From: Minisyncoccota bacterium
GTDB lineage: Bacteria > Patescibacteriota > Minisyncoccia > Phycocordibacterales > UBA9973
DNA length: 64,000 nt
Direction of reading: 5' to 3'
NCBI GenBank assembly: GCA_035491955.1
Contig: DATJJU010000015.1
Span: 30,440-94,439, forward strand
Positions 58,991 through 64,000 of this stretch are shown here, in pieces. The translations under genes and the position numbers were made by a program. The stretch's first letter is position 1, and every line of letters begins with the position of its first letter. Below the pieces are notes generated by a model. The model had not been told where the DNA came from, searched no databases, and was given only the letters and a program-made list of their open reading frames with translations.

Positions 58991-59058
58991 GGTACGGGTT
59001 TATTTTTATAATTTGACAAAAAATGCGCATTTAGGCAGACTGAAAAAAATACATTGAT

Positions 59059-59520
59059 ATGGAGCAGTATGAATTTTCAGCAGTGTTTATTCCTTGGGAG
59101 AGGTTAAAATTCCCAGGAAAGTTAAATGGGCGCGGTATCGACTTCAGTCTTCCTGTTTATTGGGCGCATATCCCTGTCAGCATTGATCCTTTTCAGACTG
59201 TTGCTTTTGTTTTAGAGGAAGATGACTTCAATAATATTCCAGTATTACTGACCGAATTAACTCAAAGTATTATAAGAAATCAGGGCAAGGTGATAGTCTT
59301 TGGAACGAACGACCAGATCAAGTTAACCCTCTTTTTGTTTGACAAGGCATGTATGTCTACTAAAAAAGAGATGTCAGTTAAACTACAGCTGCATTACGGC
59401 AAAAAAGACAAAAGAGAAAGAGTTAGTCGCTACTATATTCAATGCGATGAACAAAGGGAAAGATCACAAATGGCTTATTTACTTGATGGAGAGTTTGAGA
59501 GCTTTTCTTCAACTAGCTAA
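59059..59520 (+). CDS. Hypothetical orphan protein
   Basis: 153-aa ORF, promoter 59013-59041, palindromic terminator downstream. Confidence 0.65.
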   Translation: MEQYEFSAVFIPWERLKFPGKLNGRGIDFSLPVYWAHIPVSIDPFQTVAFVLEEDDFNNIPVLLTELTQSIIRNQGKVIVFGTNDQIKLTLFLFDKACMSTKKEMSVKLQLHYGKKDKRERVSRYYIQCDEQRERSQMAYLLDGEFESFSSTS

Positions 59521-59533
59521 AATTACAGCCTCT

Positions 59534-59568
59534 AACCGTCTAGAAATTTCTAGACGGTTTACTTTTTT
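59534..59568 (+). terminator. Intrinsic terminator (perfect 26-bp palindrome)
   Basis: AACCGTCTAGAAATTTCTAGACGGTT followed by a T-rich tract. Confidence 0.75.
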
Positions 59569-59616
59569 CATTTTTTATTTATAATACTGTCACATTACTT
59601 ACTCCAAGTAATAAAT

Positions 59617-59688
59617 GGCCCTATCGTCTAACGGTTAGGACGCCGGCTTTTCAAGCCGTTAATCGGGGTTCGATTCCCCGTAGGGTCA
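59617..59688 (+). tRNA. tRNA-Glu(TTC)
   Basis: GGCCCTA TC GTCT AACGGTT AGGAC G CCGGC TTTTCAA GCCGT TAAT CGGGG TTCGATT CCCCG TAGGGTC A. Confidence 0.93.
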
Positions 59689-59808
59689 CACGCAAAAAAC
59701 CACCGCTCCTGTATTGGTGGTTTTTTGCATGGAGATCTAGGGGGTGACAATATAGCTCGTGACCGATTGCGTCCTTTACTATACAATCAAGCTATATAAA
59801 TTGATTGA

Positions 59809-60510
59809 GTGCTAACATTTATGAGTAAGCTTGAGGAAAATTTTAATAAATTTAAGGAGATTACCAGAGAGGAATTTTTTATTGCTGAGGAAATTAAAAA
59901 GCATGTAGAGATTACAGGTACCAGTACAATTCTCGATGTTGGGTGCGCTAGTGGAGACCTCTCAAGATCATTGGTAGGGGATTCAAGAAATATCACTTTC
60001 TTAGATGTAGATGAATTTAATTTTTCTCCTCAAGAAAAATTTATTCACTCTTCATTTGAAGATGCAGAAATTGATGAAAAGTATGATTTCATTTTAACTT
60101 CGCATGTCTGGGGTCATTTTTACAGAAACAATACTTTTGATTTTTGTTACAAGAAATGTCATGACTTGCTCAAAGACAGTGGGAAGTTAATCGTAGTCCA
60201 TAATTCAAACAATGATTTTATAGGGAAATTAATTGAATTCTCAAAAACCCTATTTAAGGAAATAGAATTCGATGTTTTCCTTGATCAATTTTTAGAAAAC
60301 GAAAACTATACTCAGCATTACTTTGATGTGCACTTTAAAGCAGAATCATTTGCAGAATTGGCAGAGCTTGTTCAAGTATTATTAGTTGTTCCTGACTCAC
60401 TGTATTACGAAAGAATTCAAGAGGTCGCTGACTTTTTGGAGAAGAATTTAGAGAAACCAGAGTTTCCAATCAATCAAAGACTTTTGGTTATAGAAAAGGG
60501 AGCTCACTAA
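59809..60510 (+). CDS. Class I SAM-dependent methyltransferase
   Basis: ILDVGCASG, FLD, YDFILTSHV, LLKDSGKL; alternative start ATG 59821. Confidence 0.85.
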   Translation: MLTFMSKLEENFNKFKEITREEFFIAEEIKKHVEITGTSTILDVGCASGDLSRSLVGDSRNITFLDVDEFNFSPQEKFIHSSFEDAEIDEKYDFILTSHVWGHFYRNNTFDFCYKKCHDLLKDSGKLIVVHNSNNDFIGKLIEFSKTLFKEIEFDVFLDQFLENENYTQHYFDVHFKAESFAELAELVQVLLVVPDSLYYERIQEVADFLEKNLEKPEFPINQRLLVIEKGAH

Positions 60511-60625
60511 TAATGTACTTCCAGTGCTGACTATAATCATCAAATAAAAAACCGCCTTCATACAAAAGCGGTTCGGGGTATTTTTTCTAACTTTCCATTC
60601 AGTGATGGTCAATTATGTAACCATT

Positions 60626-61045
60626 TTATTTTTCTCTATACAGTATGGTCAGTCTGTTATCCTCATCAGGGTCGGCAGGAAGATCTGTTTTCTGCACAGG
60701 TTCGATTGATGCATCGTAGGGGCCGAACGACAATAAAAATAATGTTGTTTCGATTCTATCGGTGCTTAGAAAAGCAATATAGCTGTGCTTATACGGTGCT
60801 TCTTGCAGTCTTTCTCTTGTGCCATAAAAGACACGCAATGAGTCCTTAGCAGGGTCACCTTTTTTCAAGCGCAATACAACATAGTACAGTTCATCGTCAT
60901 CTCTTTGAGCGATGTACTGCTGGCAGTATCCCTTTGGGAGATTGTCCACCAACGGGATATGATCATCAAATCTAAGACGAAGATCTTGAGCATTTGTCGC
61001 CAATACTATAAAGGCCACAAAGAAGGTGGTAAGGAACTTTTTCAT
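60626..61045 (-). CDS. Secreted hypothetical protein
   Basis: Signal peptide MKKFLTTFFVAFIVLATNA-Q; minus-strand TTGACA promoter at 61087-61092. Confidence 0.7.
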   Translation of the reverse strand: MKKFLTTFFVAFIVLATNAQDLRLRFDDHIPLVDNLPKGYCQQYIAQRDDDELYYVVLRLKKGDPAKDSLRVFYGTRERLQEAPYKHSYIAFLSTDRIETTLFLLSFGPYDASIEPVQKTDLPADPDEDNRLTILYREK

Positions 61046-61149
61046 CGCATACAGTTTTTCTTACCATAGCGGAAAAATGGCCTCAGTGTCAAACAAATAA
61101 AAAACCCGCTATCGGATGTAATAGAGGGTCCTTATTCGTATACGGCAAA

Positions 61150-61278
61150 TTATCGTTGTATTTTGCCAATGATGCAGGCAATGGCTACTAGGAAGCCAAC
61201 GGCTACAAGGATGCGGAAGAAAATCATCGAAGCTTTTCCTATTCGCCCAAGAGGTTTTTCAAGTTCTTCAGTTTCCAT
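61150..61278 (-). CDS. 42-aa single-TM peptide (not in ORF track)
   Basis: METEELEKPLGRIGKASMIFFRILVAVGFLVAIACIIGKIQR; minus-strand TTGACT-N17-TATAGT upstream. Confidence 0.55.
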   Translation of the reverse strand: METEELEKPLGRIGKASMIFFRILVAVGFLVAIACIIGKIQR

Positions 61279-61385
61279 GTCGATCTTTTTAAGTTCAGTA
61301 GTACTATATCATATATAAGTGTAAAAGTCAATGAATAATGACTGATTCCTTTGTAAATAGAGCATATTATGGTACATTAGAACGC

Positions 61386-62270
61386 ATGAAAAAATATCGT
61401 ATCCTCCGTTGGATCGGAGAAAAGTGGAATATCCCTCGCTTTGTGGTCATTATAGGATCACTTTTTGCTGCTATAGGACTTGTCTTTACGCTCGTCTTTT
61501 TCGGCATGCAATTCGGCGTATTTAATGTCAAAGGCTCTAGTGCCAGTAGAAATGCATCGCTAGGGACAGTACCAAAGTCTGTCATGACTAGTACATGCTT
61601 GCCATTGAGTACCGGTACGCCAAAAGCCTGTGATTGGGACAAAACTCAGGAATGGGCAGTGCTCAATAGCGCGCTTCAAAAAGACAGCAGCACTCTTGAT
61701 CAAGTTTCTAATCAAACGGGAGTGCCTGCGCGCATAATCGTTTCTGCTGTTGTCCCTGAACAGCTGCGTTACTTCACTTCTAATCGTGAAAGCTTCAAGA
61801 AATATTTTGAACCACTAGAAATTCTTTCTTCTTTGACGAAATTCTCACTCGGCGTATCTGGTATCAAGCAAGACACTGCTACTCAGATCGAGCAGTATGC
61901 CAATGATCCAACCAGTCCGTTTTATCCAGGACCAGAGATTGCACCGCTTATCGCGTATCCAGCAGGCGTTGATCATGACACAGAGCTCTACAATCGCCTG
62001 ACAGCCAAAGATCACTACTACTCATATTTGTACACTGCTATCTTTCTTAAAGAAATCGAAGCGCAGTGGTCAAAGTCTGGTTTCGATGTCAGTCAGCGTC
62101 CTGATGTTTTGGTGACGCTCTTCAATATTGGCTTCGGCGCATCACACCCTAATGCCAATCCGCAAGTGGCTGGCTCAGTCATTACGATCGGAGGACACGA
62201 CTATTCTTTCGGCGAGCTTGGCGTGATGTTCTATCAGTCCAATGATTTGCTCGACGTTTTCCCTCGCTAA
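61386..62270 (+). CDS. Membrane-anchored protein with possible lysozyme-like (SLT) fold
   Basis: TM helix, then QTGVPARIIVSAVVPEQ..SLGVSGIK..LVTLFNIG, resembling lytic transglycosylase motifs. Start moved to ATG 61386. Confidence 0.55.
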   Translation: MKKYRILRWIGEKWNIPRFVVIIGSLFAAIGLVFTLVFFGMQFGVFNVKGSSASRNASLGTVPKSVMTSTCLPLSTGTPKACDWDKTQEWAVLNSALQKDSSTLDQVSNQTGVPARIIVSAVVPEQLRYFTSNRESFKKYFEPLEILSSLTKFSLGVSGIKQDTATQIEQYANDPTSPFYPGPEIAPLIAYPAGVDHDTELYNRLTAKDHYYSYLYTAIFLKEIEAQWSKSGFDVSQRPDVLVTLFNIGFGASHPNANPQVAGSVITIGGHDYSFGELGVMFYQSNDLLDVFPR

Positions 62271-62291
62271 TAGAGGTGATATAGTACTGCT

Positions 62292-63467
62292 ATGAATGAT
62301 CGAGAGGTTGAACAATTACTCGAAGCAGAAGCAAAAAGACAGCAGGATGTTGTTAATCTTATTGCTTCAGAAAACTATGCATCAGAGGATGTTCTAAAAG
62401 CGCTCGGCAGCACTCTTACCAATAAATACGCTGAAGGCTATCCAGGAGCTCGCTACTATGGCGGCAATGTTCATATTGATGCCATTGAAAATTTAGCTCA
62501 ACAGCGCGCATTAGAGCTGTTCAATCTTTCTCCTGCAGAATGGTCTGTAAATGTTCAAGCCCTTTCTGGTACTCCTGCCAATATGGCGGTCTATAGTGCA
62601 TTGCTACCGCACGACGGCGGTTCTATTATGGCGCTTTCGCTTGATCAGGGCGGGCATCTTAGTCATGGCCATGCCGTATCAATGACAGGGAAGCTGTGGA
62701 AGCAAATTCCATATACGCTTGATCCTGAAACAGAAATTATCAACCACGACATCGTGCGTGATATCGCTCTTAAAGAGAAGCCAAATATGATTGTGGCAGG
62801 ATACACCGCATACTCTCGTATTGTGGACTGGGACGCTTTCAGAGCCATTGCAGACGAATGTGACGCACTGCTGCACGTCGATGCTTCCCATATTGCCGGT
62901 CTGATTGCTGGCGGTGTCTATCCAAGCCCTTTTGCCTATGCTGATACGGTAGTGATGACTACGCACAAGACTTTGCGGGGCCCGAGAGGAGCATTGATTT
63001 TTTCACGCAAGCAGTTGTCAGACAAAATCAATAAGGCCGTATTTCCAGGCTTACAAGGCGGTCCGCATATGAACACTATTGCCGGTATTGCTGTAGCGCT
63101 ACACGAAGCTATGCAGCCGGAATTTCAGGCGCATGCACGACAGGTCATAGATAATGCAAAAGCCCTTGCTACTGCGCTAGAAGAAAAAGGCTGGCGTATT
63201 GTTTCTGGAGGTACTGACACGCACCTTTTCTTAGTTGATACATTCATACGAGGCATAGGCGGACAAGCGGCCAGCGATGCATTGGAGAAAGAGGGTATTA
63301 TTGTAAACAAAAATGCTATTCCATTCGATACGCGTTCGCCAATGGATCCATCAGGTATCCGCATCGGTACGCCGGCTGAAACAACGCGAGGGAAGAATGA
63401 AGAAGATATGCGCGCGATTGCAGAACGCATTGATAGTATTTTAAAGGTATTGGAACATGATAATTAA
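62292..63467 (+). CDS. glyA: Serine hydroxymethyltransferase
   Basis: LIASEN, NKYAEGYPGARYYGG, GGHLSHG, TTHKTLRGPRG, SGIRIGT. Confidence 0.98.
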   Translation: MNDREVEQLLEAEAKRQQDVVNLIASENYASEDVLKALGSTLTNKYAEGYPGARYYGGNVHIDAIENLAQQRALELFNLSPAEWSVNVQALSGTPANMAVYSALLPHDGGSIMALSLDQGGHLSHGHAVSMTGKLWKQIPYTLDPETEIINHDIVRDIALKEKPNMIVAGYTAYSRIVDWDAFRAIADECDALLHVDASHIAGLIAGGVYPSPFAYADTVVMTTHKTLRGPRGALIFSRKQLSDKINKAVFPGLQGGPHMNTIAGIAVALHEAMQPEFQAHARQVIDNAKALATALEEKGWRIVSGGTDTHLFLVDTFIRGIGGQAASDALEKEGIIVNKNAIPFDTRSPMDPSGIRIGTPAETTRGKNEEDMRAIAERIDSILKVLEHDN

Positions 63468-64000
63468 CGGCAATGAAATAAAAGAAAAAGTTCTCGATGA
63501 CGTCAGGTCATTAGCGCAAGGAACTGCTAAGCGGGTGTGTTTCGTGCAGTTCGGCAGTGATGAGGCAAGTGCCGCATTTATCAAAATGAAGTTGCGAGTG
63601 GCAGATGGCCTTGGTATTCAGGCTGATGTTATTCACAAAGATCCTGCAGATACTGCCGAAGCCCTGCTACTTATGGGAGAGATTATAGAAAAAAACTATG
63701 ACGGTATCGTAGTGCAGCTGCCATTGCCTCAGCATCTCGATACCGACCTTATTATCGACAGTATTCCGACTGAAATGGATATCGATATACTGAGCGAAGA
63801 TGCTAAGGCGCACTATCGTGCTGCTACCACTGAACGCGTAGCCCCTGTAGCAGGAGCAGTGCAGGAAATATTATGGGAAAACAAAATTATTCTTATTGGT
63901 AAAAAGATTGCTGTTCTCGGAAGAGGGAAGTTGGTTGGCGAACCGATCATAATGCTGCTTGATCGCCAAGAACTCCCGTACACTGTCATTGATATCACTA
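63457..64000 (+). CDS. folD: Bifunctional methylene-THF dehydrogenase/cyclohydrolase, 3' truncated by the window (not in ORF track)
   Basis: MIINGNEIKEKV..GIVVQLPLPQHLD..DID..PVAGAV..GKKIAVLGRGKLVGEP; overlaps the glyA end. Confidence 0.93.
   Translation, partial: MIINGNEIKEKVLDDVRSLAQGTAKRVCFVQFGSDEASAAFIKMKLRVADGLGIQADVIHKDPADTAEALLLMGEIIEKNYDGIVVQLPLPQHLDTDLIIDSIPTEMDIDILSEDAKAHYRAATTERVAPVAGAVQEILWENKIILIGKKIAVLGRGKLVGEPIIMLLDRQELPYTVIDIT

Noticed and set aside
60421-60431. Partial match GGTCGCTG to the RAYT palindrome (also ACAGCGAC near 56559)
   Set aside because: Half-sites of 8-9 bp within coding sequence are expected by chance in 64 kb.
54086-61331. Prophage or integron in the orphan-gene island
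   Set aside because: No integrase, structural phage genes, tRNA 3'-end duplication or attC-like repeats are visible.
2576-63467. Many 60-170-aa antisense or alternate-frame ORFs overlapping core genes
   Set aside because: Shadow ORFs of well-supported genes, with no recognisable motifs or expression signals.

Overview
A gene-dense chromosomal window that looks like a Patescibacteria/CPR (Parcubacteria-type) genome. This assignment is inferred from the compact RpoB, archaeal-type ProRS, truncated UvrC and ValRS, C-terminal peptidoglycan-binding surface protein and general lack of Shine-Dalgarno sites. Core genes: rpoB-rpoC-dnaG-rpoD, tsf, rpsB, proS, mreBC, tgt, uvrB/A/C, a ddl-like gene, leuS, murJ, lepA, valS, tsaD, glyA, partial folD and five tRNAs (Thr, Arg, Phe, Val, Glu). 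AT-rich orphan genes are interspersed, mostly each with its own -35/-10 promoter and intrinsic terminator. Main observations: (1) long palindromic DNA elements inserted in frame inside leuS and tsaD, with similar hairpin elements between genes; (2) a RAYT/Y1 HUH transposase bracketed by a 26-bp direct repeat, whose 17-bp palindrome also occurs inside the gene; (3) about 14 genes with a TANNNT box 6-8 nt before the start codon, indicating widespread leaderless mRNAs; (4) a candidate structured 5' leader shared by two orphan genes; (5) a decayed tandem copy of tRNA-Thr, a pgeF gene broken by a 5-bp duplication, a Ddl homolog with a rewritten active site and a Nudix domain inserted in LeuRS. No CRISPR array, rRNA, integrase or prophage was seen. 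All family calls come from motif recognition by eye, not database searches.
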